Assembly (NCBI GenBank): GCA_038213805.1
Contig: JBBQSO010000012.1
Span: 1-64,000 of the forward strand
From: Planctomycetota bacterium
GTDB lineage: Bacteria; Planctomycetota; UBA11346
Reading direction: 5' to 3'
Length of the DNA: 64,000 bases
The translations under genes and the position numbers were made by a program. Shown here piece after piece: positions 19,706 to 29,983 of this stretch (the first letter of the stretch is position 1; each line of letters starts with the position of its first letter). A model generated the notes under the pieces. The model saw only the letters and a list, made by a program, of their open reading frames with translations, did not search any database and was not told the DNA's origin.

Positions 19706-21379
19706 TCACTGCGCGTAGCAGGCGTCCGGGAAGCCATCGCCGTCGGCGTCGCGCAGCCACTGCAGCGCGGCGCCCCAGGCCTGCGCAGCGGGCACGCCGG
19801 GACCGGGCGGATGTGCGAACCAGCGCGGCGCGGCGAAGGCGCCATCGCCATCTGCGCCACGGCAGGGCAGCCCGTCGAGGCCGTACAGCACCAGCGCGCC
19901 GAGGAAGGCGAGCACCTCCTGGCGCTGCGCGATGGGCGCGCAGCGGTAGCGCGCCGCGCTGTCCGCGGCCTCGCCGCCGTGGCGGCGGATGACCGCATCG
20001 AGGTCGAGGCTGGCGCCATCGTGGCCGTAGGGCGCGCAGCTGCCGACGCCCCACAGCGGCGGGGTGCGGAACCGCGTCACCACGCTGCCGTCGAACTGCA
20101 CCTGGTGGAAGGCCGGGCCGAGGTCGTGGCTGGCAAGATCGCTGTAGAGGCCGGCGACGCGCAGCGTCCCGCCGCACGTGGGCGACTCGAGCTGCGCCAC
20201 CAGCGCACCTGCGCTGTCTTCAGCGACCGTCAGCGCGGCGAAGCGGCGGTCGCGTCCGCGCAGTTCCCAGTCGGGGACGTGGCAGGCCGCGCAGCCCAGC
20301 GCGGCGAAGTGCGCACGGCCGGCCTCCACCCCGGGCTGCGCACGCCGCTCTGCGGGGGCGGGGAGGTTCAGCAGGTAATGCTCGATCAGATCGAGGTCGC
20401 CCGCGGTGAGCTCGGCGCACACCCCGTCCCCGTCCGGGTCGTCCAGGCTGAAGCCACCCGCATCGCGGCGCAGGCCGCAATCGGCAGGCGTGCCGAGGTG
20501 CACCTGCGCAGCGCCGCTGGGCGGCGTCGCCGCCCAACCGTCGTGGCGCGGCTCCGCCGCCAGCGCGGGATCCTCGGCCTGGATCCCGGCGTGGATCATG
20601 AAGGCGCCGACCACCAGGCTGCGCAGGCTCAGGCCGTGCGCGACGCCCGGGGTCTCGCCCCAGCCGAAGGCCTGCAGCGCGAAATCGAAGCCCGCGACGC
20701 CCGGGTCGTCGAGGCGCCGCGCGCCGGGTACGCGGTGGTGGTCAAGATCCAGGTACCAGACGTGCAACTGCGGGTCGAGATCCGGGCGGCCGTCGCCATC
20801 GGCGTCGTCGAAGCGGCCGTAGGAGACCTGCGCTCCGACGCCCGTGGCCACGATCGCGCGCACGCCAGCGGCCTCAGCCGCGCTGACCATGCCGTCGCCG
20901 TCGCGGTCGACCGTGGCGAGCAGCGCGCTGCGGATGCCCCCGGCGAGCTGCTCGATGAGCCCCGCCCCGCGCAGATGCGGGGTGCGGCGACCGGACGGGC
21001 CGTTCTTGGGGATCACCGGTCCGCTGCCACCGTCCCCGCCGGCGCGCTCGTGGCACAGCGCGCAGGAGGTCACCGGGCCGAGGCGCAGCGCCGCGGTGCG
21101 GCCATCCGCGAGGCGCGGTACCGCGAGCGGTTCGCCGGCGCCGTCGCGCGCGCTGAAGCTGCGTCGGAACAGGTCGCGCCCGCGCCCCCAGGCCAGCCAC
21201 GGATCGTGCGCGACCAGCCACGCGCTGGTGCCCGGACGGTCGCTCGCGCCCTGTACCACGCGCAGGCGTGGCAGCTCCGCGTCGTCGCGTTCGGCGCCGT
21301 GGGCGGTCAGCGCGCCCCACCCCGCGAGCAGCAGCGTGACGGCTGCGCGGGCCGGGCTCAGCGTGGCAGCGCGCAGCAC
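19706..21379 (-). CDS. Di-heme oxidoreductase (DHOR/DUF1111-like) protein with EF-hand
   Basis: Two CxxCH (SCALCH, GCAACH), TPHLRGAG, LYSDLASHDLG, RTPPLWGVG..PYGHDG, HGGEA; EF loop DRDGDGMVSAAE; start approximate. Confidence 0.85.
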   Translation of the reverse strand: MLRAATLSPARAAVTLLLAGWGALTAHGAERDDAELPRLRVVQGASDRPGTSAWLVAHDPWLAWGRGRDLFRRSFSARDGAGEPLAVPRLADGRTAALRLGPVTSCALCHERAGGDGGSGPVIPKNGPSGRRTPHLRGAGLIEQLAGGIRSALLATVDRDGDGMVSAAEAAGVRAIVATGVGAQVSYGRFDDADGDGRPDLDPQLHVWYLDLDHHRVPGARRLDDPGVAGFDFALQAFGWGETPGVAHGLSLRSLVVGAFMIHAGIQAEDPALAAEPRHDGWAATPPSGAAQVHLGTPADCGLRRDAGGFSLDDPDGDGVCAELTAGDLDLIEHYLLNLPAPAERRAQPGVEAGRAHFAALGCAACHVPDWELRGRDRRFAALTVAEDSAGALVAQLESPTCGGTLRVAGLYSDLASHDLGPAFHQVQFDGSVVTRFRTPPLWGVGSCAPYGHDGASLDLDAVIRRHGGEAADSAARYRCAPIAQRQEVLAFLGALVLYGLDGLPCRGADGDGAFAAPRWFAHPPGPGVPAAQAWGAALQWLRDADGDGFPDACYAQ

Positions 21380-22788
21380 AGGGGCCCGTCGTCGTCGCCG
21401 ACGCGCACGTCCCACACCTGCAGCTGCGCGAGGGCGAGGCGCGCGTCGCTGCGCAGCACCGGCACGCTGAGCACGCGCTGCTCGCCCGCGGCCAGGTGCA
21501 GGCGGGGGTTGGGCAGTGCCGGGTCCTGATACCCGGCGAGGCGGAATTCCGCGTGCAGCGCGACCGCGCTGAGATTGGCGACGGTGAGCTGCGCGGTGGC
21601 CCCGGCGCCGCGTGCCGCGACGTACGCCAGCGTGCGCGCATTGAAGGTGCGGTCAGCGACGCGGGGCGTGGCGGTGAAACGCTCGGCCGGCAGCGCCAGC
21701 GCAGCGGCCGGTCCGCACGCGGGCAGGGGCGCACCGGCGATCGCCAGCGCGCAGACCGTCAGGGATACGGTGCTGCCGGCGTGGGCGGAGAGCCGCACCG
21801 GCACGCTGGTCATCGCACCGGGCGCCAGGGTGATGCGCGGATTGGCCGCCGCCCCGTGCTGCAGGTCGGGGAGCCGGAAATCGCAGGCGATGTCCAGGGT
21901 CGAGGCGTTGCGCAGCTGCACTGCTTCGCCGTCCGGGGCGATGCGCCACAGCAGCGCGCGCGGCGCGAACGCGGCCGAACCTTCCGCCTCGCCCGCCGCC
22001 TGCACGGCGCTCCAGCCCGGCTCCTCGGCGAAGCACGCCGCCGGTGCGCCCAGCGGCAGCAGCAGCGCGCCCTGGTCTGCGCCGACGCGCACATCCCAGA
22101 TGTCGACCAGCGCGACCGCGACGCGCGGGTCGGGGTGGGCCAGCGGCACCAGCACCTCGGCGGTGCTGCCGGGCAGGACGTGCATGCGCGGATTCGCCGC
22201 TGATGTGGCGGGCTGGTGCCCGGCGAGGCGGAAGGCGAAATGCAGCGCGTCGTGGCTGAGGTTCTTGAAGTGGATCTCGGCCGCGGACCCGTCTTCGAGC
22301 AGGCGCACCGTGCAGGCCAGGGCCTCGGCGCGGAAGCGTGCGTCGTCGCCGAAGCACTGCACGTAGGTGGCCACCGTCGCTGCGGGCGGCAGCGTCGTGA
22401 CGGACGGCGGCGGCACGCCGTCCACGGTGGTGGCCTGCAGGCGGGCGCGGTAGAGGCCCTGCTCGAGGCGCGGTCGCGGCACCGGCGTGCGCGTCCGCGC
22501 GCCGGGCGCGAGCGTGAGCGCTTCCAGGGCGCCGTCGCCTGCGGCGAAACCCTGGTCCAGCCGCACGCGGCAGGCCAGCTGCCGGCTCCCGCGGTTCCAT
22601 AGTTCGAGTTCCGCGCCATCACAGCCGCTGCGCAGCACACGGTAGGTCAGGCCGGGAAAAGCGGCATCGGCGCTGGCGAGCCACACCGGCGCGGCCGGCT
22701 GGATGTCGTCGAAGGCCGCATAGCCCCAGGCCACCGCCGGCAGCAGCGCCGCGCACGCGATCAGCAGGCAGCGCGCCAGGGCGGTCAT
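21358..22788 (-). CDS. Secreted hypothetical protein with four internal beta-rich repeats
   Basis: Signal peptide; recurring N....L...FRL...Q.....NPR..L.PG motif; ATGA overlap with upstream gene. Confidence 0.75.
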   Translation of the reverse strand: MTALARCLLIACAALLPAVAWGYAAFDDIQPAAPVWLASADAAFPGLTYRVLRSGCDGAELELWNRGSRQLACRVRLDQGFAAGDGALEALTLAPGARTRTPVPRPRLEQGLYRARLQATTVDGVPPPSVTTLPPAATVATYVQCFGDDARFRAEALACTVRLLEDGSAAEIHFKNLSHDALHFAFRLAGHQPATSAANPRMHVLPGSTAEVLVPLAHPDPRVAVALVDIWDVRVGADQGALLLPLGAPAACFAEEPGWSAVQAAGEAEGSAAFAPRALLWRIAPDGEAVQLRNASTLDIACDFRLPDLQHGAAANPRITLAPGAMTSVPVRLSAHAGSTVSLTVCALAIAGAPLPACGPAAALALPAERFTATPRVADRTFNARTLAYVAARGAGATAQLTVANLSAVALHAEFRLAGYQDPALPNPRLHLAAGEQRVLSVPVLRSDARLALAQLQVWDVRVGDDDGPLCCALPR

Positions 22789-23270
22789 GGCGCATCCGCC
22801 AGCAGCTCGACGCGCGCGCCTTCCAGCGTCGTCGCGGTCCAGCCGCCGCCCTCGCGCTGCAGGCGCAGGGTGCCGGTGACGCGCGCGCGGCGGTTCTTGG
22901 CCGGTGCCGGCTGCGGCGTCGGCAGGTCGACGAACACCAGGAACTGCGGACGCGCGTCGCAGCTCAGCCCGCAGCAGCCGAAGCGGCTGGGCGGACCGAG
23001 CACGGCACCGTCCATCAGTCCGCCGTGGACCAGCTGCGGCAGCGTGAACAGCACGCCGCTGAGCACGGTCTCGTGGCCCTCATGCGCCGCCAGATCGGGG
23101 GGAAACTCCCAGCCCTCGCCAGCCTTGCGGATGGCGGCGAAGGGCAGCCAGGCCGCACCGTCCGCGGCCGCCAGCGGCGGACGCTGCAGATCGTGCCAGG
23201 TGGCCCAGTTGACGGCGCCGATGGCGCACAGCCCGACCACCAGCAGCAGGACGGTGCGTGTCGCCATCAT
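22785..23270 (-). CDS. DUF3299-like OB-fold protein
   Basis: N-terminal TM, FPPDLAAHEGHETVLSG, FGCCGLSC, RVTGTLRL; ATGA overlap with permease stop. Confidence 0.6.
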   Translation of the reverse strand: MMATRTVLLLVVGLCAIGAVNWATWHDLQRPPLAAADGAAWLPFAAIRKAGEGWEFPPDLAAHEGHETVLSGVLFTLPQLVHGGLMDGAVLGPPSRFGCCGLSCDARPQFLVFVDLPTPQPAPAKNRRARVTGTLRLQREGGGWTATTLEGARVELLADAP

Positions 23271-24409
23271 CCGACCGCCGCCACCGGCGCCGCGTCCGCC
23301 GCCTTGCGTCCGCCAAGCGCGCGGCCAGCGCGGCGCACCAGACCCAGGCCCACGGTCGCCGCCAGCACCAGCACGAACGGCCAATGCCACCACGGGATGT
23401 TGCCCAGGGCCTCGGCCGTGCCGGTCGGCTTCGCCGAGACGCCCATGAACGAGGCCACGCAGCAGCCGCCCGCCGCCTGGCCGCCGAGCGGCGACGGCTG
23501 GTAGTGGTAGTCAGCGAAGACCCAATGATCCGCGATCAGCCCGCCGGTCAGCGACATCACCACCAGCGAAACGGTGAACAGCGCCGTGGTGCGTCCGCCG
23601 AGCTGCCGGCGCAGCGCGAGCAGTTCGCCGAGATTGGTCGCAGGCCCCGCGATCAGGAAGGCGATGCCCGCGCCCGGCGAGATGCCGGCCAGCAGCAGGC
23701 TCTGGACCACCGGCATCGACGGCACCGAGCAGGTGTACGTGACCAGCCCCAGGACGATGACGTAGACCAGGGTCATGACATGCTGCGTGCCCAGCCAGGT
23801 GGCGATCCAGCCCAGCGGCAGCAGCGCCAGCACCGCCGCGGCGATGAGCAGGCCGATCACCAGGTCGACGCTGATCTCGGCACCGAGGTCGTAGAACGCC
23901 CAATGCCCGGCGGCGCGGGCGCGGGCGCCCCACGTACGCCGGTCGGCGGCGGGGTCCACCGGGCACGCATCGCCCGGCGGCGGCGGCTCGTTGCGCAGCA
24001 GCGCATTGCCGACGAAACCCGCGAGCAGTGCACCGGTGACGCAGGTCGCGACATAGAGCACGGTGAAGGTCCCACCCATCAGGCTCAGGCACAGCAGCAT
24101 CGCGACCGGCGACAGCGCCGGGGCGGTGATCAGGAAGGACAGGATGGTGCCGCGCGCCGCGCCGCCCTTGACCATGCCGATGCCCAGCGGTAGCACCGTG
24201 CACGAGCACATCGGCAGCAGGCAGCCGATCCCGGTCGCGGTCAGCACCGGCCTCACCCCGCGCGCAGAGAACCAGCGCGCCATGGTGGCGACCGGCACGT
24301 ACTCGCGGATCACCGCCGCGATGAGGTAGCCGACGACCAGATACGGTGCGCTCTGTGCCAGGGCCTGGATGAACGCGGCGAGGAAGCGGTCGAGGTGATC
24401 CATGGGCAT
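23267..24409 (-). CDS. DUF318/ArsP-family permease
   Basis: [48 protein letters not shown]; multiple TMs. Confidence 0.9.
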   Translation of the reverse strand: MPMDHLDRFLAAFIQALAQSAPYLVVGYLIAAVIREYVPVATMARWFSARGVRPVLTATGIGCLLPMCSCTVLPLGIGMVKGGAARGTILSFLITAPALSPVAMLLCLSLMGGTFTVLYVATCVTGALLAGFVGNALLRNEPPPPGDACPVDPAADRRTWGARARAAGHWAFYDLGAEISVDLVIGLLIAAAVLALLPLGWIATWLGTQHVMTLVYVIVLGLVTYTCSVPSMPVVQSLLLAGISPGAGIAFLIAGPATNLGELLALRRQLGGRTTALFTVSLVVMSLTGGLIADHWVFADYHYQPSPLGGQAAGGCCVASFMGVSAKPTGTAEALGNIPWWHWPFVLVLAATVGLGLVRRAGRALGGRKAADAAPVAAVG

Positions 24410-24470
24410 GCTGGTCCGGCCAGCATGCTCGTCGCGGATGTGAAGATCGCGTGGACGAGCCGCGAAGGGC

Positions 24471-24500
24471 CCATCAGCCATCAGCCATCAGCCATCAGCC
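24471..24500. repeat. Heptamer tandem repeat (CCATCAG)x4
   Basis: Seen directly; contains the stop codon of the MFS gene at 24488-24490. Confidence 0.85.
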
Positions 24501-25969
24501 GTTCCCTGTTCCCGCGCTTCACCTTGATCACGCTGCCGGAACGCCACCCAAAACACCCCCAGCACCACCACGGCGAATGCCGCCAGCGGCAGCCACAGGC
24601 GCGGCCAGTACGGCAGCGAAGCGCTGGTGCTGCTGCTGACGGCGTGGCCACCGGGATCGGTGAAGGCGTGGCCGGCGAGCGCGCCGGCGACGATGGCGCC
24701 GACGTAGAGGCCCAGGCCGTAGGTGAAGAACAGGTTCATCGCCTGCGCCTGACCGCGGATCTGCGGCGGGGTGGTGCGGTCGACGTAGACTTGGCCGGTG
24801 ATGAAGAAGAAGTCGTAGCTGATGCCGTGCAGCAGCACGCCGAGCAGGAAGACCAGGAAGCCGAGGTGCATGAACGGCACCGGGAAGCCGGCGAGGACCA
24901 CGCCGGGATAGGCGGGATCGACGGCACCGTCGGCCAGGAACGGCGCCGGCACGGCGCCCTGCGTAGCCGCCCAGCTGAATAGCAGGTAGCGCACCGCCCA
25001 GGCGAGGATGCCGCACAGGATCATGCGCTTGATGCCCAGGCGGCGGATCAGCAGCGGCATCAGGAAGAGCATGCCCGCCTCCAACCAGGTGCCGAGATTG
25101 CCCCACACCGAGACGTGGCTGAGCGCCATCGCGCCCATCTGGTTGCCGAGGTAGGCGTAGTAGGCGGAGAGCGGGATGCAGACCAGGAAGGCGCACACCA
25201 GGTAGGTGGCGAAGGCCGGGTTGCGCCATTCGCGCCAGGCGTCGGCGAAGACCAGCTCGCGCCACGCGAAGGGCTGGCCGCGCTTGGGCGCAGGCGTCGC
25301 GGGCAGGGTCAGGCAGAACAGCCCGGCGGCGGCCGCGGCGAGCGCGGCGAGGCGGAACTGCACCGCGCCCTCGCCCGCCTCGACGACGTGCCCGTCCGCG
25401 CCGACGCTGCTGAAGCCGAAAGCCAGCGCCAGGCCGCCGGCGATCCAGCCGAAGGTGCCCCACAACCGCACCAGCGGGTACTGCGCGTTGCCGCCGGGCA
25501 GGTGGCGGAAGGCGAGCGCCGCGCTCAGCGCCAGGGTCGGCATGTAGCACAGCATGTGCGCGGTGATGCCGAGGTTGAACCAGGTGCTCTTGGCCATGGT
25601 CAATCCGGCCCAGGTCAGCGTGGTGTAATCCGCGCCGGCCACCGCAGTGCCCGGCAGGTCGCCGATCCACGGCAGGCACCACATGATCGCGCCGCCGGCC
25701 AGGAAACAGACGGCCAGCACTTTGCCGGCGTCGAAGAAGCGGTCGACGCACAGGCCGAGCGCGAAGGGCGCGATGATCGCGCCGAGCGGGCTGGCGGTGT
25801 AGAGCCAGAAGGCGTCCTGCGCCATGCCGTGCGCGATCATGTAGCGGAAGCCGGTCAAGTACCACGCCCCCCACACGAAGAACTGCAGGAAGAACAGTAC
25901 CGCCAGCCGTGCGAGGATGTGCGGCGGCGTGGTGGCGTCCGCGGGCGCCGGGACGGAGTCTGCGCTCAC
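24488..25969 (-). CDS. MFS transporter, nucleoside:H+ symporter (NupG-like) family
   Basis: [41 protein letters not shown]. Confidence 0.9.
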   Translation of the reverse strand: MSADSVPAPADATTPPHILARLAVLFFLQFFVWGAWYLTGFRYMIAHGMAQDAFWLYTASPLGAIIAPFALGLCVDRFFDAGKVLAVCFLAGGAIMWCLPWIGDLPGTAVAGADYTTLTWAGLTMAKSTWFNLGITAHMLCYMPTLALSAALAFRHLPGGNAQYPLVRLWGTFGWIAGGLALAFGFSSVGADGHVVEAGEGAVQFRLAALAAAAAGLFCLTLPATPAPKRGQPFAWRELVFADAWREWRNPAFATYLVCAFLVCIPLSAYYAYLGNQMGAMALSHVSVWGNLGTWLEAGMLFLMPLLIRRLGIKRMILCGILAWAVRYLLFSWAATQGAVPAPFLADGAVDPAYPGVVLAGFPVPFMHLGFLVFLLGVLLHGISYDFFFITGQVYVDRTTPPQIRGQAQAMNLFFTYGLGLYVGAIVAGALAGHAFTDPGGHAVSSSTSASLPYWPRLWLPLAAFAVVVLGVFWVAFRQRDQGEAREQGTADG

Positions 25970-27039
25970 AGCAGCACCGTGCGTCCGCTGCGCGCTGATT
26001 CATCGGCGGCGAGCACGATCGCCAGGCTGTCGCAGGCCGCGGCCCAGTGCGTGCTCAAGTCGGTGCCCTCGCGGATCGCGGCCAGGAACCACGCCTGCTC
26101 GCGGGCGCACAGCGCGTCGTGGTCGGGCTCGTCGGCGAGGCGGATGACCTCATCCGTGCTGGTGAAGCGGTTGGCGGCGTCGAGCGCCGCGCGGTGCACG
26201 CGGATGGCGCTGGTCGCGGTGTGCGCGCCAACGTCGTCGCTGCCGTTCTCGGCGAGCGCCGCGCCGGCCTCAAGCGTCACCGACCCACGCGGGCCGACCA
26301 CGTCCTTCACGAAGCACGCGGCCGTGCTCATCATCGGGCCCCAGCCGGCCTCGTACCAGCCGACCGAGCCGTCGGCGAAGGTCACTTGGAGTTGCCCGTA
26401 GTTGCAGCGCCCCGGCGGCAGGCTGTCGTCCAGGCGCGCGGCGATGGCGCTCACCCGCAGCGGCCGGCTGCCGGTCATGCGCAGCATCAGGTCGACGTAG
26501 TGCACCCCGCAGTCGACCATCGGCGACGACGCGGCCATCAGGTTGCGGTGCACGTCCCACATGTGGCCTTGGCTCTGCTGGTTGAGGTTCATGCGCATCA
26601 CCAGCGGTGTGCCCAGCGCGCGCGCCTCGCTGATGAAGCGCTGCCAGGACGGGTGGTGCAGCAGGATGTAGCCGACCACCAGCGCGCGCCGCGCGGTGCG
26701 CGCCGCGGCGATGACCTCGGCGCACGCCGCCACCGTCGGCGCCACCGGCTTCTCGATGAACACGTGGCAGCCCTGGGCGATTGCGGCGAGGGCGATCTCG
26801 GCGTGGGTGTCGGGCCAGGTGCTGATGCACACCGCCTGCGGACGCTGCTCGGCCAGCGCTCGGCGCCAGTCGTCGTAGAGCGCGTGGCCACCGCCGAGTT
26901 CGCGGTCGAGCTCCACCTTGCTGGCGCCGCGTGCGACCAGGCCGCACACCTGGAAGTCAGGATGGTGGTGATAGGCCTTGGCGTGGGAGCGGCCCATGTT
27001 GCCGCAGCCGATGACCAGGACGCGTACTGCTGCCGGCAT
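25966..27039 (-). CDS. Gfo/Idh/MocA oxidoreductase (no signal peptide)
   Basis: GCGNMG, HVFIEKP, DCGVHYVD. Confidence 0.92.
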   Translation of the reverse strand: MPAAVRVLVIGCGNMGRSHAKAYHHHPDFQVCGLVARGASKVELDRELGGGHALYDDWRRALAEQRPQAVCISTWPDTHAEIALAAIAQGCHVFIEKPVAPTVAACAEVIAAARTARRALVVGYILLHHPSWQRFISEARALGTPLVMRMNLNQQSQGHMWDVHRNLMAASSPMVDCGVHYVDLMLRMTGSRPLRVSAIAARLDDSLPPGRCNYGQLQVTFADGSVGWYEAGWGPMMSTAACFVKDVVGPRGSVTLEAGAALAENGSDDVGAHTATSAIRVHRAALDAANRFTSTDEVIRLADEPDHDALCAREQAWFLAAIREGTDLSTHWAAACDSLAIVLAADESARSGRTVLL

Positions 27040-27222
27040 GCCGTGGCTCCCTCGGCGGTCCCCCGCTGTGCAGACCTTGCCAGGATGGCGCGGCATGGCA
27101 GCGGCGCCTACGCCGCCGAGGGGCCTGGAATCGCGTGCGTGTGAGATGGAACGCTGGGCGGCCGCCGGATGGGTCGTCAGCGTTCCCGGGCTCGCGGGTA
27201 AACCTCACCAGGGGATCCGTCC

Positions 27223-28566
27223 ATGCCGCGTGCCATCACCACCGCCGCCATCGTCCTGCTCGCCCTGGCCGGGGCCGCGCTCCCCCGCGTCCTGGTCGCC
27301 GCGGTCGAGGTGCCGCCCGGCTTCACTCCGCTGTTCAACGGCACCGACCTCAATGGTTGGTGGGGCCTCGCGACCGAGGACCCGGCGACGTGGCAGGGCC
27401 TGCCGTCAGACCAACTCGCAGCAAAGCAGGCCGCCAGCCGCGCCGACATCCGCAGCCACTGGCGGGTCGAGGGCGATGAGCTGGTCAACGACGGCGCGGG
27501 CCTCTACCTGACCAGCGACGCCGACTTCGGCGATGTCGAACTGCGCCTCGAGTACAAGACCGTCGCCCAGGCCGACAGCGGCGTTTACCTGCGCGGCTGC
27601 CCGCAGGTGCAGATCTGGGACACCACCGAGGCCGGCGGAAAATGGAACCTGGGCGCCGACAAGGGTTCGGGCGGGCTGTGGAACAACACAGCCGGCGCGC
27701 CGGGCAAGGACCCGCTGGTGAAGGCCGACAAACCCTTCGGCGAGTGGAACCGCTTACGCGTGATCATGGTCGGCGAGCGCGTGACGGTGTGGCTCAACGG
27801 TCAACTGACCGTCGACCATGCGCGCCTGGAAAACTACTTCGCGCGTCAGCTGCCGCTGCCGCGTCGCGGCCCGATCCAGCTGCAGACCCACGGCGGCGAG
27901 ATCCGCAGGCGCACTGTCGGGGTGCGGCCGATTGGCGGCGATGAGGCGCTGACCATCCTGCGCGCGCACGGGCCCGAACGCGCGCTGCACGATGCGCTGC
28001 CGGCGGTGTTCAACGGCACCGACTTCACCGGCTGGGCCGGCCCGGTCGAGAACTACGCGGTCGTCGACGGCGCCATCCAGTGCAAGCCCGGCAAGGGCGG
28101 CACCATCTACACCACCGCGGTCTACGCGGACTTCCGCGCCCACGTCGAGTTCCGTCTGCCGCCCGCCGGCAACAACGGCCTCGCCATCCGCTATCCCGGC
28201 GACGGCGACACGGCCTACGTCGGCATGTGCGAGCTGCAGGTGCTCGACAGCGAGGATCCCGGCTACGCCAAGCTCGACGCGCGCCAGTTCCATGGTTCGG
28301 CCTACGGGCTGGCCGCGGCTAGCCGCGGCTACCTCAATCCGCTCGGGCAGTGGAACTATGAAGAGGTCGCGGTCATCGGCTCGACCATCCGCGTCGAACT
28401 GAACGGCACGCGCATCCTCGACACCGACCTGGCGAAGATCCAGCCACCCTATCTCGACAACAAGCAGCACCCCGGCAAGGATCGCACCGAGGGCCACTTC
28501 GGCTTCGCCGGCCACAACGATCCGGTGGCCTTCCGCAATGTCGCGGTCCTGACGGTCGCGCACTGA
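27223..28566 (+). CDS. Secreted tandem DUF1080 (3-keto-glycoside hydrolase-like) protein
   Basis: Two domains starting FNGTDLNGW and FNGTDFTGW; DSGV / NNG, QIWD / ELQVLD, GEWN / GQWN, LQTHG / FAGH. Confidence 0.92.
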   Translation: MPRAITTAAIVLLALAGAALPRVLVAAVEVPPGFTPLFNGTDLNGWWGLATEDPATWQGLPSDQLAAKQAASRADIRSHWRVEGDELVNDGAGLYLTSDADFGDVELRLEYKTVAQADSGVYLRGCPQVQIWDTTEAGGKWNLGADKGSGGLWNNTAGAPGKDPLVKADKPFGEWNRLRVIMVGERVTVWLNGQLTVDHARLENYFARQLPLPRRGPIQLQTHGGEIRRRTVGVRPIGGDEALTILRAHGPERALHDALPAVFNGTDFTGWAGPVENYAVVDGAIQCKPGKGGTIYTTAVYADFRAHVEFRLPPAGNNGLAIRYPGDGDTAYVGMCELQVLDSEDPGYAKLDARQFHGSAYGLAAASRGYLNPLGQWNYEEVAVIGSTIRVELNGTRILDTDLAKIQPPYLDNKQHPGKDRTEGHFGFAGHNDPVAFRNVAVLTVAH

Positions 28567-28641
28567 GCACGTGCCCGAGGCGAACGCTGCCGTCGGGAAA
28601 TCCCTCCACACCAGCCGGCCTCGCCGGTATCCTTTGACCGC

Positions 28642-29940
28642 ATGACCGACCCCACGCTTCCCGCATCCAACCGTCTCGACCGCCGGCAGCTGCTCGGCGC
28701 CGGCTCGCTCGCCGCGTTCGGCATGCTCTTCGGCGGCGGCCTGGTGGCTGAGGAGTTCGCCCCCGCCCCGGCGCCCGGCGACGGCGGTGCCGCGCAGCCG
28801 GTCGGCTGCGCGGTGATCGGCCTGGGCGAACAGGGCCGCGCCCTGCTCGGCGCGCTGGCGCTGGCCGCGGGCGCCGATGTGCGCCGGATCTGCGATAGCT
28901 ACGCCGGCATCCGCGCGCGCGCGCAGGAATTGGCGCCCAAGGCCGTCGCCGGCGGCGACGCCAAGGAGGTCTTCGACGACCAATCGGTGCAGGCGGTGTG
29001 GATCGCCACGCCCACCCACCTGCACAAGGACCTGGTCCTGGCCGCGCTCGCCGCCGGCAAGCACGTCTACTGCGAGGCGCCGCTCGCCCACACCGTCGAC
29101 GACGCGCGCGCCATCGCGGTGGCGGCGACAACGGCGGCGGCGAAGGGCATCCTCTTTCACAGCGGCCTGCAGCAGCGCACCAACCCGCAGCACCTACACG
29201 TGCTGCACTTCGTGCGCGCCGGCGCGCTCGGGCGCGTGGCGATGGGCCGCGCGCACTGGCGGCGGCGCACCTCGTGGCGGCGCGCCGCGGCCAGCGACGA
29301 GCGCGCACGCGCGCTCAACTGGCGCCTCGACCCGGCTCTGAGCACCGGACTGATGGGCGAGATCGGCATCCACCAGCTCGACGTCGCCTCATGGTTCCTC
29401 AAGGGCCTGCCGCTGGCGGTCAGCGGCCTGGGCAGCATCCGCGCGTGGGACGACGGTCGCCAGGTCGCCGACACCGTGCAGGCGCTCATCGAGTACCCCG
29501 ACGGCGTCGATGTGGCCTACGACGCGACCCTGGCCAACTCCTTCGACGATCACGCCGACCTGTTCCTGGGCAGCGACGCGGCGGTGATGCTGCGCGACCA
29601 CCGTGCCTGGATGTTCAAGGAGGCCGACGCCGCCGCCCTCGGCTGGGAGGTCTACGCCTACCGCGAGAAGCTTGGCGACGAGACCGGCATCGCCCTGGTC
29701 GCCGACGCCACCAAGATCCTCGCCGCGGGCAAGAAGCCGGGCGAGAACCGCGAGGTCGATCCGCACCGCACCGCGCCGGTCACCGCCTGCGAGGCCTTCC
29801 TCGAGGCTATCCGCCACAAACAGCCCAGCGCTTGTGACGCGCTCACCGGCTTCCAGGCCACCGTCACCGCCATCACCGCCAACCAGGCGATCGCCACGCG
29901 CAGCCGCATCGAGCTCAAGCCCGAGCTGTTCCGCCTCTAG
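28642..29940 (+). CDS. Tat-exported Gfo/Idh/MocA protein (EKP replaced by EAP)
   Basis: DRRQLL twin-Arg, GLGEQG, ATPTHLH, HVYCEAP. Confidence 0.9.
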   Translation: MTDPTLPASNRLDRRQLLGAGSLAAFGMLFGGGLVAEEFAPAPAPGDGGAAQPVGCAVIGLGEQGRALLGALALAAGADVRRICDSYAGIRARAQELAPKAVAGGDAKEVFDDQSVQAVWIATPTHLHKDLVLAALAAGKHVYCEAPLAHTVDDARAIAVAATTAAAKGILFHSGLQQRTNPQHLHVLHFVRAGALGRVAMGRAHWRRRTSWRRAAASDERARALNWRLDPALSTGLMGEIGIHQLDVASWFLKGLPLAVSGLGSIRAWDDGRQVADTVQALIEYPDGVDVAYDATLANSFDDHADLFLGSDAAVMLRDHRAWMFKEADAAALGWEVYAYREKLGDETGIALVADATKILAAGKKPGENREVDPHRTAPVTACEAFLEAIRHKQPSACDALTGFQATVTAITANQAIATRSRIELKPELFRL

Positions 29941-29983
29941 GCCCGCGTCCACCGCCCATCCCCGACCCGCCAGGAGTCCCATC

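Noticed and set aside
20405..20445. Lanmodulin-like DPDGDG lanthanide site
   Set aside because: Lacks Glu at loop position 12, and similar loops seem common in this di-heme family.
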